This document shows, in pieces, positions 22,776 through 38,877 of a stretch of DNA of 64,000 nucleotides. The notes beneath the pieces are model-generated. The model was not told the DNA's origin. It did no database searches and saw only the letters and a program-made list of their open reading frames with translations. Source of the stretch: the human T2T-CHM13v2.0 reference genome, Homo sapiens. Location of the stretch: NCBI RefSeq assembly GCF_009914755.1, contig NC_060941.1; one strand, 5' to 3'. A program made the translations under genes and the position numbers. Numbering within the stretch: the stretch's first letter is position 1; every line of letters starts with the position of its first letter.

Positions 22776-24085
22776 TTTTAAAATGTGGCTAGACCCCATC
22801 TCTACTTTGTGCTAAAGTGTAATATAAACACCAGATTTTTTTTTTTTTTTTTTGAGATACGGTCTCACTCTATCTCCTAGGCTGGAGTGTAGTGGCTCAG
22901 TCTCAGCTCACTGCAACCTCTACCTCCTGGGCTCAAGCAGTCCTCCCCTCTCAGCCTCCTGAGTAGCTAGGACCATAGGCATGTGCCACCACGCCCAGCT
23001 AATTAAAAAAATTTTTTTGTAGAGATGAGGTCTCACTATATTGCCCAGACTGGTCCTGAATTCCTGAGCTCAAGTAATACTCCTGCCTCAGCCTCCCGAA
23101 GTGCTGGTATTACATGCGTGAGCCACAGTGCCTGGCTAACACCAGATTTTGAGGACTCAGTGCAAAAAATAGGAATGTAACACATCTCACTAATTTTTAT
23201 ATTGGTTACATTTTGCAATATTTGGATATATTGTTGTAAAAGAAATGTAGTAAAATTAATTATTATTATTTTTTGAGATGGAGTCTCGCTCTGTTGCCCA
23301 GGCTGGAGTGCACTGGCGCAATCACTGGCTCACTGCAAGCTCCACCTCCCAGGTTCATGCTATTCTCCTGCCTCAGCCTCCCGAGTAGCTGGGACTACAG
23401 GCGCCTGCCACCATGCCCGGCTAATATTTTTTGTATTTTTTAGTAGAGATGGGGTTTCACCATGTTAGCCAGAATGGTTTCGATCTCCTGACCTCGTGAT
23501 CCGCCCGTCTCGGCCTCCCAAAGTGCTGGGATTAGAGGTGTGAGCCCCCGCATCTGGCCCTAAAATTAATTTTACTTGTTTCTTTAATTTTTTAATGTGA
23601 CTCCTAGACAATTTAAATTACATATATGGCTTGGTTTTTAAAATTTTTGTATTAAAAAATTTGCTTTTGGTAAAGAACACGTAACAGTGTACAGTTGAAT
23701 AGTGTTAAGTATATTCACATTGCTCTTGCAAAACTGAAATTCTACGCTTGTTAAATGAAACTCCCTGTTTCCTCCTGTCCAGTAGTTGCTGGCAACTACC
23801 ATTCTACTTTGTTTATATGAATTTGACTATGCTAGATATAAATGGAATCATACTGATTTGGCTTGTTGTGACCGGCTTTTTTTTTTTTGAGATGGAGTCT
23901 CCCTCTGTTGCCAGGCTGGAGTGCAGTGGCACGATCTTAGTCATGCAACCTCTGCCTTTGGTTTCAAGCAATTCTCCTGCCTCAGCCTCCCAAAGTGCTG
24001 GGATTACAGGCATGAGCCATCGCGCCAGGCTGTGACTGGCTTATTTCACTTAGCATAACATCCTCAAGGTTCATCTAAGTCGTAG

Positions 24086-24661
<576 letters not shown>

Positions 24662-25307
24662 TAGCCAGGATGGTCTGGATCTCCTGACCTTGTGATCCAC
24701 CCGCCTTTGCCTCCCAGAGTGCTGGGATTACAGGCGTGAGCCACCGTGCCCAGCTGCCTTTGCCTTATATTTCTAATGGACAGTACTGCTGTAGATTCTA
24801 GATGTTCTTTTCCTTTGTCGTTGCTAAATTCTCTTATTAGTTATAGTAGTTATTTTGTTGGTTTCTTAGGTTTTTCTTTGCTTTTTTTCTATTTTTTAAA
24901 TTTTTATTAGAAACAGGGTCTCTCTGTCACCTAGGTTGGAGGGCAGTGGTGTGATCATAACTCACTGTAACTTCAAACTCCTAGCTTCAGGTGATCCCCC
25001 AACCTTGGCCTCCCAAAGTGCTGGGATTACAAGCATGAGCCACCACAACTGTCAGTTTCTTAGGTTTTTCTGTGTACTCAATCATGTTATCTGCGAACAG
25101 AGATAGTTTTCTTTCCTTTGTTTTTTCTGCCTTTTATTTCTTTTTGTTGCCTTATTTCATTGGGTAGGACCTTCAATATGTTAAGTAGAAGTGGTAACAA
25201 TGGATATCCTTAGCTTGTACTTGATCTTAGATGGAAAGTGTTTACTATTTTACTGTTGAATACAAAGTTAGCTATAGGCTTTTCATACCTTCTTTTTATC
25301 AGATTAA

Positions 25308-25562
<255 letters not shown>

Positions 25563-26076
25563 TGAACTCCCGCCTCGCCCTCTCAAAGTGCTGGGATTAC
25601 ATGCGTGAGCCTTGGCCCCCAGGCTATTCCAATTTTCTTAGAATTTTTATCAAGAGTAGGTGTTGGATTTTATCAACAGCTTCTTTTGCATGTGTTGAAA
25701 TCATATTTTTCTACTTTTATCTATCTCTATGGTGAATTATACTGACTGATTTTCTAATGATAAACCCCCCTTGGTCATGATGTATTATCCACTTTATATA
25801 TTGATGGATTAGATTTGTGATTAATTTATTAAGGATTTATATGTTTATTTTCTTGAGGAATACTACTTTGTAACTTTTTTCTTTTTTTTTTTTAAGAATT
25901 GTCTTTGTTAGCTTTAAGTATTAAGGTTAAGCTGCCCTCAAAAAGAGTTGAGAAATGTTTCCTTCTCTTTTTTCTAAGAGTTTGTATAGGGTTGATATTC
26001 TTTATTTTTTGGTATTTGATATACTTCATCAGTGAATTTATGAGTTTTCTTTGTGGGAAAATCTTTGATAAATTGA

Positions 26077-26301
<225 letters not shown>

Positions 26302-26900
26302 TGATCCCCTTGCCTCAGCCTCTCTCAATTTCTTGGCCAGGCACAGTGGGTCATGCCTATAATCCTAGCACTTTGGAAGGCTAAGGCAGGAAGACTGCTT
26401 GATGCCAGGAGTTTGAGACCAGCCTGGGCAATATAGTGAGACCCTGATCTCTACCAAAAAAAAAAAAATTAATTAGCTTTATGCACTAATTAGTGCAATT
26501 TCTAACCTGGTTTTTAAAAAATTGTGTATTTTTCAGTGTTATAGTATTCATATTTATAATTTTGTTGTAAGATATTCTATCAAGCTATACTGTTACTTAA
26601 TCCTAAGGGGTTTTATCAAGGTTTATAAAACTGCCTTCAGTGTTCAGGTTGGAGAATCTCCTATAAAAGTTTCCTTGCTGTCTTGCACAATATACAGTTA
26701 ATAAAAGAAATACATGTAAATGCTTTTAATTTAATGGTATATTCCCTTATATTTTTAAAGCAGTTTCATCCTCAAGAAGAGCATTTAAGATAATGTGAAT
26801 TTTAGCAAAATTTGTCTCACTTTTAGATACTATTTGTATGTATTATTGCTGTATCTATTTGAACTCAGCAGTTAACCACATTTCTCTCTCTGTTTTGAAG

Positions 26901-27081
26901 CTAAATGTTGCCAGCTACCTACAAATGATTTGCTTAACTGAGAATTTTAGAACTGATGTAAAAGACTTTGTAACCTTGTTAACTGCAAATACTTGTGATA
27001 TCAGAAAAAGTATCCTTTACTTACAATTCTGGATTAGAAGTGGAGGTGGAGTTTTAGAAGAACGACCATTAACCCTTTATC
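26901..27081 (+). CDS. ATAD5: ATAD5 exon, LNVASYLQMICLTE...CDIRKSILYLQFW...LTLY (lid, RFC box VIII DxR)
   Basis: tttgaAG acceptor, tatc|GTAAGT donor; matches ORF-track 26838..27101. Confidence 0.96.
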
Positions 27082-27142
27082 GTAAGTTGATTTGTTATTA
27101 AAGAAATTTCTATTATGGGACCCTATTTAAAAATCTGTGCTA

Positions 27143-27259
<117 letters not shown>

Positions 27260-27508
27260 CTACAAGAAAATTTATGGGAGGCCAAGGTGGGAGGATCACT
27301 TGAAGCCAGGAGTTCAAAACCAGCCTGCGCAAGAAAGCGAGACCCCTGTCTCTACAAAAAAAATTTGCAAAAATTAGCTGCGCAGGGTGGCATGTGCCTG
27401 TAATACTGGCTACCCGGGAGGCTGAGGTAGGAGGATCACATGATCCCCGAAGAGTTTGAGGCTGCAGTGAGCTATGATTATGCCACTGCACTCCGGCCCA
27501 GACAATAG

Positions 27509-27751
<243 letters not shown>

Positions 27752-28011
27752 TAGGCTGGTCTCGAACTCCTGACCTCATGATCCACTTGCCTCGGCCTCC
27801 CAAAGTACTGGGATTAGAGGCGTGAGCCACCGTACTTGGCCCAAAAAAAAATTTTTTTTAATTAAAAAAACTCTGTGCTATGCTAGAATAGTTGAAAGAT
27901 TATAAAAATTTTAAGCAACTTGTTATATTAATCTTCAAAATAAATATGCACATGTCAACTTTGTTCATAAAACATTTTGGCCTGGCACAGTGTCTCACAA
28001 CTGTAATCTCA

Positions 28012-28269
<258 letters not shown>

Positions 28270-28557
28270 TCAATGTGAGTAAATAGAATTAAACTGGATC
28301 TAGAAAGTTGGATTTTTTTCCTGGCTATGCTACTCTTTACAATTAATATATAAGCTCCAAAATTCACTTTACCTTTTTGAGCCTGTTTTTTCACCTAAAA
28401 AAGGAGAGATCTGAACTAATCTATAAGTTACTTATTCTTTTGTAGTTGAGCTTTTAAGATGATCTCATTGTTTAATTTTAAAAAAACACACACAGGCTGG
28501 GTGCAGTGGCTCACGCCTGTAATCCCAGCACTTTGGAAGGCCGAGGCGGTTAGATCA

Positions 28558-28785
<228 letters not shown>

Positions 28786-28874
28786 TTAAAAAACACACAC
28801 ACAAATTAAAAAACAAACACAAAAAACCTCCCACCCTGTTCCCCCTTTCCTCTTCAAAAGTTTTTCTTTTCTTT

Positions 28875-29012
28875 CTTTTTTTTTTTTTTTTGAGGTAGGG
28901 TCTCGCTATATTGCCCAGGCTGGAGTATAGTGACTCTTCATGGGCAGGATCATAATGCACAGCCCTGAACTCCTGGGCTCAAGCGATACTCCTGTCCTAG
29001 CCTCCTGAGAAG
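28875..29012 (-). mobile_element. FAM/FRAM-like monomer
   Basis: gtctcgctatattgcccaggctggagtatagtgactcttca resembles the reverse 7SL/FAM 3' end. Confidence 0.55.
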
Positions 29013-29581
29013 GCCACTGTGTTCAGCTTCCTCCCCAGAAATTTGACTCTTAAATTTTCAAACTGTTACTTATACATGTATTAACATATATAAGTACTTA
29101 TAACATAGTACTTATAAACAAATGATACTATAATTATTATTTAACAACTTTTTCACTTACTAAAAACATTAATTTTTCTATATGAGTATATATATATATA
29201 GGTATATAGTATTCTTATGTAACTATAACGTACAATCACTTTTAGCTTCAGGAGTCTTTAAATTCTGTCTTTCCTAAATACTTTATTATTTCAGAAATGC
29301 TTTTATTTCTTATTTTTTTTCAGTCATCATTGTTACCTAATTCAAGTGAGTACCTTCTCCATGCCAGGTCTTGTGTTTACATGGTTAAGACATGGTTCCT
29401 TGCCTGAAGAAGTTTTAGTTTGGTTTCCATGCTCCATAGTCACGGTTTTGTAGTTACAGATCCTATTCTGGTAAATACACAAATATTTCAAGGAAACCAA
29501 GGTGAAATTATGTAATATTTATCCTTATCAGTTTTTTCTTCTAATGAGTTTAACATTTTAACGTATTCTTTTTCTTTTTTC

Positions 29582-29614
<33 letters not shown>

Positions 29615-29781
29615 TTGAGACAGTGTCTCATTCTGTTGCCCAGGCTGGAGTGCAGTGGCAGTGCAGCATGGCTCACTCCAGCTTAATCTCCTGGACTCGA
29701 GCCGTCTTCCGCCCTGAGCCTCCTGAGTAGCTGGAACCACAGGCGTGCACCACCACAGCTAACTTTTTTAATTTTTTGTAG

Positions 29782-29946
<165 letters not shown>

Positions 29947-30094
29947 TAAGCCCATAGCTTTAACCATTTCTCAAAAGTAAATATAATACATAACACATGG
30001 AAAATATCCTGGTGTAACAAATTAGTTAATAACTTTTTGATATACCACTAGATATAAATTGTTACAGCAAGAAACTTTAGAAGACACAAAATAA

Positions 30095-30335
<241 letters not shown>

Positions 30336-31081
30336 TAGCCAGGATGGTCCCGATCTCCTGACCTTGTGATCCGCCTGCCTCAGCCTCCCAAAGTGCTGGG
30401 ATTACAGGCATGAGCCACAGCACTTGGCTGGGGCCAGTTTCTCTTCTTAAAAATCTTTTTTTATATACATTTCATCCCTGCCCTTAAAAAAAAAACAGAT
30501 ACATAAAACAATATTCCCCTACTTCTTGAAAGTAGCCACAGTTAGACCTTTATGCATGTAACATAAAGATACATACTTATTTAGCAAAATTAACCAGTAT
30601 TATATATGTTGTTATTTTTAAGTTTATTGTTAGCACATACGATCCTATCCCACTGTCTTTCACAGCTGCATGCTTTTCTATAGAATAGAATGGATGTACC
30701 GTAATTTAACCGTTACTTACAGACATTTACATTATCTTCAATTTGTCATTAAAATACAGTGAATATCTTTATACATATATCCTTGAAAATGTCTGTAATA
30801 TTGATGGAGAGAATTCTAGAAGTATGACTGCTGGGTCACAAACGGTGTATATACTTTACATTTTGATAGTTGTTGTCAGACTGCCCTCTGATGATAATTG
30901 TACCAACTTATGCTCCCATGAATAGTATATGATGGTTTTTTTATGTGTACTGCTGACAGAACTACATTATAATTCTTTTAATTTTGCCAATTTAAAAAGT
31001 GAAACATGTACAGTATCTTATTTTAAAATTACATTTCCATGCTTAGTGGTGAAATTGCATATCTTTTTATTAGGTCTTTGA

Positions 31082-31318
<237 letters not shown>

Positions 31319-31383
31319 TGATCCACCCGCCTCGGCCTCCCAAAGTGCTGGGATTACAGGTGTGAGCCACTGCACCCGGCTGA

Positions 31384-31572
<189 letters not shown>

Positions 31573-31844
31573 TGAATAGAGACAAGGTTTCACCATGTTG
31601 CCCAGGATGGTCTCGAACTTGCCCAGGATGGTCTCGAACTCCTGAACTCAAGTGATCCACCTGCCTCAGCCTCCCAAAGTGCTGGGATTACAGGCGTGAG
31701 CCACCTCACCTGGCCTGAAATTAATATTAGGTATTTATTTTTCTTCTGTGACTTGCCTGCTCACAGTCCTTGCACTTTTTCTGTTGGATGGCTTTGAAAG
31801 TCCCCCACCATCACCTCACTTAATTTATCTCTTGGTAGAAATAA

Positions 31845-31970
<126 letters not shown>

Positions 31971-32315
31971 TAAAAATACAAAAAGTAGCCGGGTGTGGTG
32001 GCGCGTGCCTGTAATCCCGGCTACTCGGGAGGCTGAGGCAGGAAAATCGCTTGAACCCAGGAGGTGGAGGTTTCAGTGAGCTGAAATTGCACCACTGCAA
32101 TTCAGCCTGGGTGATAGAGTGATACTCTGTCTTTAAAAAAAAAAAAAAAAAAAGAATAATGCTTATATTGTACTCTTAATGAATTAAACACATATGTAGA
32201 GAACTAAATGGGGGTATTTGTCCAGAAGATGTCAAAGGATCTCAGGCTTTAAATAATTGTTTGATACAATTTGTTTAATACATATATAGAGCTAAGATTT
32301 TCTTTTATTTTGTAG

Positions 32316-32497
32316 GTGGAAATAGCAGAAATGTACAACTAGTTTGCTCTGAACATGGCCTTGATAACAAAATTTACCCTAAAAATACTAAAAAGAAACG
32401 TGTAGACCTTCCAAAATGTGACAGTGGCTGTGCTGAGACCTTGTTTGGCCTTAAGAACATTTTTTCCCCATCTGAAGACTTATTTTCATTTTTAAAG
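32316..32497 (+). CDS. ATAD5: ATAD5 exon, RGNSRNVQLVCSEHGL...FSFLK (LxCxE motif at 32339-32353)
   Basis: tttgtAG acceptor, aaag|GTATTT donor; phases consistent. Confidence 0.94.
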
Positions 32498-33002
32498 GTA
32501 TTTTCAATGTCTGTTTTGCAATGTTGAATTTATATTCCTTTTCATATTCCCAACATTAGCCTCCTATCTTTTGAATCTTAAGTTTAACTTAAATGTGCCT
32601 ATAATTTGTATAAGCCTTAGGTCTCTGATTTTAACACATCCTACCACTTTGACAAATGGTGCATAGGCATTGCTCTGAATGCATATTATAGGATTTAGAA
32701 TAGCATTTAGAAAATTTTTCAGATAGACTATTTCAGAAAAGTGGTTTTAAATAAATGAGCTTCTAATAATATTGGAGTATATACTAAATACATAGAGAAT
32801 TTAATTCTCCAAATTAATCGTCTAAATTTAATTTTTAGACATAGTACTATTTTGATATATTAAATATAGATAAATAAAATTATGAGGGGTAGTGACTCAG
32901 TACTTTGAATTTAGAATAGGGATAACACTATATTCATACAGGTAGAAAAGTATTCAAACTATGTACTGCTGTAACATTTCTTTACTCAAAATTGTTTTTC
33001 AG

Positions 33003-33859
33003 CACAAAATCACAATGAAGGAAGAATGGCATAAATTCATCCAGCTTCTTACAGAATTCCAAATGCGGAATGTAGATTTTTTATATAGTAATCTTGAGTT
33101 TATTCTACCATTACCAGTTGATACCATTCCAGAAACTAAAAACTTTTGTGGCCCATCAGTAACTGTGGATGCCAGTGCAGCAACAAAAAGTATGAATTGT
33201 CTTGCTAGGAAACACTCTGAAAGAGAACAGCCATTGAAAAAGTCCCAGAAAAAGAAACAAAAGAAAACATTGGTAATATTAGATGATAGTGATCTATTTG
33301 ACACTGACTTGGACTTTCCTGATCAATCTATTAGCCTGTCCTCTGTATCATCTTCCTCAAATGCAGAAGAAAGCAAAACCGGAGACGAAGAAAGCAAAGC
33401 CAGAGACAAAGGAAACAATCCAGAGACAAAGAAATCTATTCCTTGTCCTCCTAAAACAACTGCAGGAAAAAAATGTTCTGCCCTTGTTTCTCATTGTTTA
33501 AATTCTCTCTCTGAGTTCATGGATAACATGTCCTTCTTAGATGCACTTTTAACTGATGTAAGGGAACAAAACAAATACGGTAGAAATGACTTTAGTTGGA
33601 CAAATGGAAAGGTTACAAGTGGACTTTGTGATGAGTTTAGTCTTGAGAGTAATGATGGATGGACTTCTCAAAGCTCTGGAGAATTAAAGGCAGCTGCAGA
33701 AGCTCTCAGCTTTACTAAATGTTCTTCTGCTATTTCAAAAGCATTGGAAACCTTGAATTCTTGCAAGAAATTAGGAAGAGATCCAACCAACGATCTTACT
33801 TTTTATGTTTCACAAAAGCGCAATAATGTATACTTTAGTCAGTCAGCAGCTAATTTAGA
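33003..33859 (+). CDS. ATAD5: ATAD5 large C-terminal exon (HKITMKEEWHK...SQSAANL)
   Basis: ttttcAG acceptor, taga|GTAAGT donor; 857-nt open frame (ORF track 32961..33863). Confidence 0.97.
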
Positions 33860-34272
33860 GTAAGTCTTACTTCCTTTACTTTTTATTTTTTGGTAATAAA
33901 TCGTAAAGGGGAAATCAATAGAGTTTTTTCTTAATTTAAAAATGCTGTACTATTGATCATGGTAAGCCCTTAACATTAATAATGTAGCTTCTAATGAGAT
34001 AGCTAAAGAGACCAGCTTGATCGCTGGGAAGAGAAATAATGAGTGATTGGGGTGGATTTAGGTAATGCTTGAATGACCCAGGAAGGAGTTTGGTCTTGCT
34101 GTATAGTTATTGAGATTTTTTCAGTATGGGAGTGATTGATGTGTTGACAGGAAATTAATCTGGAAATGTCATCTGGTCTAGACCAGAGGCAAGGAAACTA
34201 AACTGGTTGTGATTGGGATTACTGCATTTTTCTTGGGCATTAAAAATTAAAAACAATGCATTACTTTTACAG

Positions 34273-34431
34273 CAATGCTTGGAAGAGGATATCAGTCATT
34301 AAAAGTGTATTTTCGAGTCGATCTCTTCTCTATGTGGGTAATAGACAAGCTAGTATAATTGAATACCTGCCAACCCTTCGAAACATCTGTAAGACTGAGA
34401 AGCTAAAAGAACAAGGAAAAAGTAAAAGAAG
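34273..34431 (+). CDS. ATAD5: ATAD5 penultimate exon (NAWKRISVIKSVF...EQGKSKR)
   Basis: tttacAG acceptor, gaag|GTAAAG donor. Confidence 0.95.
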
Positions 34432-34543
34432 GTAAAGGCTTTATTAAAAACAACATTTTAGATAGCTTTTTCAAGATTAATACATATTTTCATAAGATGA
34501 AAATGTTAATATTAAATTGTATTTTTCTTTGTAATTTTGACAG

Positions 34544-34622
34544 ATTCCTGCACTATTTTGAAGGAATTCATCTTGACATTCCAAAAGAGACTGTGAATAC
34601 TTTGGCAGCTGACTTCCCTTAA
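34544..34622 (+). CDS. ATAD5: ATAD5 last coding exon (RFLHYFEGIHLDIPKETVNTLAADFP*)
   Basis: tgacAG acceptor, TAA at 34620-34622; RRFxHY motif. Confidence 0.96.
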
Positions 34623-35100
34623 TGTTCCATACTAACAATGCTTTGTATAGATTATCATGTGGTCCTTAAGATACATTTTTATATTATGTGGATCTTCATG
34701 GAAAAGTATATTTCTCGATGTACATTTTAAACAAACAATTTGTATATTTTTTTATTGGCGGGTAAATATTTAAAATATTTGAGTTACAAATTTTATATAT
34801 GATTGTAATTTTTTTTCTGAATTTTTTGTATTATCTGATTTAGCTTTGTTGGAGTATTTTTTGTATGTGAGTGAACTGTTTCTGGAAGGTAGAGTTCATT
34901 AAGATGAACTCCCTATTTCAAGTGTTTATATTATATATTAGCTTAATATTCAGATACATTATCTTGGCTGCTAACATTAGTGTCACTAAAGTTGGTATAC
35001 AATCTCCCACTGCTAAATTTGACTGGCTTTACAAAAACAAAAACATTATCTGGTGAATTATATTTTTAACCTAAAAGTTAAGGATCCTCATATTGTACAG

Positions 35101-35414
35101 TTTTTTTTGTGTGCTTTTTTTTTTTTTTTTTGAGACGGAATCTTGCTCTGTCACCCAGGCTGGAGTGCAGTGGCCTGGTATCGGCTCAGTGCAACTTTTG
35201 CCTCCCGGGTTCAAGCGATTATCCTGCCTCAGCCTCCTGAATAGCTGGGATTACAGGCATGTGCCACCTTGCCCAGCTAATTTTTGTATTTTTAGAAGAG
35301 ACAGGGTTTTACCATGTTGGTTAGGCTGGTCTCTTAACTCCTGACCTCAAGTGATCCATCTGCCTCGGCCTCCCAAAGTGCTGGGATCACAGGCGTGAGC
35401 CACCTCACCTGGCC
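35101..35414 (-). mobile_element. AluS in the ATAD5 3'UTR (antisense)
   Basis: Full Alu between stop and putative PAS; TSD atattgtacagtttt. Confidence 0.88.
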
Positions 35415-35536
35415 TATATTGTACAGTTTTGAACAGTATAGATGCATACCTGTTTACAAATGTGTATGAAGATAGATATTTTTACCTCTTATTTGTTCAA
35501 TTTACTTTTTCTTGTATTAATTAGTATATTGATCTA

Positions 35537-35542
35537 ATTAAA
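35537..35542 (+). terminator. Probable ATAD5 polyadenylation signal (ATTAAA)
   Basis: ATTAAA in a U/UGUA-rich context about 915 nt after the stop; I saw no AATAAA between the stop and this site. Confidence 0.55.
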
Positions 35543-35729
35543 GGTTAAAGCTAAAGGCTTTATGAAATGTTTAAAAAAGAGTTCAGATGTAATCATCTTG
35601 ATAAATATGTATATTGTATGGGTTTGAATATAGGATATAACTTAAAGATTTCATCCCTGTACAGAAGAGAGAATAAGATCTTCTGAAGTTTTTTTTTTTT
35701 TTTTTTTTTGAGACAGAGTTTCACTCTGA

Positions 35730-35870
<141 letters not shown>

Positions 35871-36349
35871 TAGTAGAGACAGGGTTTCTCCATGTTGGTC
35901 AGGCTGGTCTCCAACTCCCGACCTCAGGTGATCTGCCTGCCTTGGCCTCCCAAAGTGCTGGGATTACAGGCATAAGCCACTGTGCCCAGCCTGAAGTATT
36001 TTAAAAAATATTTTTAAAATACTGTTCTTTTTTTCTCCTCTTAAAAAAAAAAAGAAAATAATGGGAGTATTTTCCTCCCTAATATGGACACATTTAATAT
36101 TTTATTTATTTTTAGGTTTATAATAATTCAGGGAAAAAATCTTTATCTTTTTTTTTTTTTTAAGAGGTCTCACTCTTGATCTCACTCTTGTTGCCCAGGT
36201 TGGAGTGCAATGGCACAATCATAGTTCACCATAGCCTCAAACTCCTGAGCTCAAGTGATCCTCCTTCCTTGGCCTCCCAAAGCATTGGGATTACGGGTGT
36301 GAGCCACTGCACCCAGCCTTTTCATTTATGTTTGTTTGTTTGAGATTGA

Positions 36350-36448
<99 letters not shown>

Positions 36449-37432
36449 TGAATAGCTGAGATTACAGACATGTGCCACCACGCTCAGCTAATTTTGTATT
36501 TTTAGTAGAGACAGGGCTTGTCCATGTTGGCCAGGTTGGTCTTGAACTTCTGACCTCAGGTGATCCACCCGCCTTGGCCTCCCAAAGTACTGAGATGACA
36601 AGCGTGAGCCACTGCGCCCAGCCCTTTTCATTCTTAAAGATGATAGTAAATTCCTGTAAGATTTAGATTCACTTTTGTGATAATGCCATGTTTCCGTTAT
36701 GAACAACTAGGTAGTTGGAGAAACTATTAAAATAGAAAACAGTGGCAAAGGAGATGGTTTGGATGGAAAGAGAATGATTTCCTTTTTAGACATGCATAGT
36801 TTGAGGTATCTATATTTCCAAAGTGGAGATGTTTAGGTACACAATGACATATGTAAATGTAGAAACTTTATTTGTGTGTGGCAACAGGTCTAGAGTGTAT
36901 ACCAACTCTAGGGAGTTGGAGGTGCTAGAGAAGGGAGGGCTTCAATTTCTTGCTTTATGTTTCAGATTATTTGAAGTTTTTTCAACAAATATATTTCACT
37001 TTTAGATTATAGAAAATGTTTATGTTACAGAAAATATTTAATACTTTTTTTTTTTAAGACATGGGGACTTGCTACATTGCCCAGTCTGGCTTCAAATCCT
37101 GGGCTCAAGTGATCCTCCCACCTCAGCCTTCCAAGTAGCTGGCAGGCATGCACCAATGATATTTAATACTTTGACATCAAAGAGACTTAGGTTCATAAAG
37201 AAGATATATTGAGGACCTCAACTAATGTAGACAGTGGTAAAATGGACATCAAACGATGGTCTGTCAAGTTAAAATATTGCAAAGTTAAAAAATGAGCCTG
37301 CTGGGCACGGTGGCTCATGCCTGTAATCCCAACACTTTGGGAGGCCGAGGCAGGAGGATCACAAGGTCAGGAGTTCGAGACTAGCCTGGCCAATATAATG
37401 AAATCCCGTCTCTACTAAAAATACAAAAATTA

Positions 37433-37573
<141 letters not shown>

Positions 37574-38706
37574 CTAGGTCTCCAAAAAAAAAGAAAAGAA
37601 AAAAAAAAAGAGCCTATTAGACAAAGCTTGTTTGTTTGTTTTTGGGTAATAAGAGTTGAGCTGATGAAAGTCATCTTTTGGGGCTGGGTATGGTGGCTCA
37701 CACCAGTAATCCCAGCACTTTGGGAGGCTGAGGCAGGAGGATTGCTTGAGGCCAGGAATTTGAGCCCAGCCTGGGCAACAAGGTAAGACCCTGTCTCTAC
37801 AAAAAATAAATTAGCCGGGTATGGTGGCATGTGCCTGTAGTCCTAGCTATTCAAGAGATAGAGGCAGGAGGATTGCTTGAGGCCAGGAGGTGCTGCAGTG
37901 AACTGTGATTGTGCCATTGCACTCTAGCCTGTGTGACAGAGTGAGACCCTGTCTCAAAAAAAGAAAATCAGCTTTTGGAGGCAGTGTAGCAAACCACATT
38001 CTACACACACAATCGTCCTCTAAGAGAGGACGATTCTATAAGCTGTATTATCAGTTATCTTTAGCTTTATTCTTTCTTTTTGAGACGGAGTTTTGCTCTT
38101 GTTGCCCTGGCTGGAGTGCAATGGCACGATCTCGGCTCACTGCCACCCAGTTCAAGCGATTCTCCTGTCTCAGCCTCCTGAGTAGCTGGGGCTACAGGCA
38201 TGCGCCACCACACCCGGCTAATTCTGTATTTTTTTTTTAGTAGAGACAGGGTTTCTCCACTTTGGTCAGGCCAGTCTCAAAACTCCTGACTTCAGGTGAT
38301 CCACCCGCCTCAGCCTCCCAAAGTGCTGGGATTACAGGCGTGAGCCACCATGCGTGGCCAGCTTTATTCTTATAATAAGTACCACCTAGGAAAACCATTA
38401 TTCCCTATTTTAACAATATGATAATAATGCAAATGTTTAGTATAGATAGTATTTGCTTTTAAAGGGAGATAACTTTGTTTCTTGTTTTGTCAATTTGGCA
38501 TCTTACTGTTTCTTTTTTTTAATGAAAAATGTTTAAAAATTATGTGGTCTTGCTATGTTGCCCAGGCTGCTCTTGAGCTCCTGGGCACAAGCAGTCCTCC
38601 TGCCTCAGCCTCCCACAGTGCTGGGATTATCGGCATAAGCCACTGCACCAAGCCCCATGTTACTGTTTAACACATTAACCTGAGAGGCACAGAATCTCAT
38701 AAAATG

Positions 38707-38712
38707 TTTATT
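38707..38712 (-). terminator. TEFM polyadenylation signal AATAAA
   Basis: tttatt on + strand, about 165 nt past the TEFM stop. Confidence 0.8.
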
Positions 38713-38877
38713 GATTTGGTCTTGGCTTATTGTGTAAACCATTTAATAGCCAAAAGTCAGAATTTAAACATCTAAAATACACTGAAAATGTGTTCTTTTC
38801 CAATAACATGGATGTTCACAACAGTTGGTGTTACGTTAGAGCTAATAATTATACTTTAGCACGTTAACCTCAGAATT

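Noticed and set aside
26482-26497. 16-bp palindrome TGCACTAATTAGTGCA (also 29089-29102 and a hairpin at 18065-18089)
   Set aside because: About one palindrome with 8-bp arms is expected by chance in 64 kb, more in AT-rich DNA
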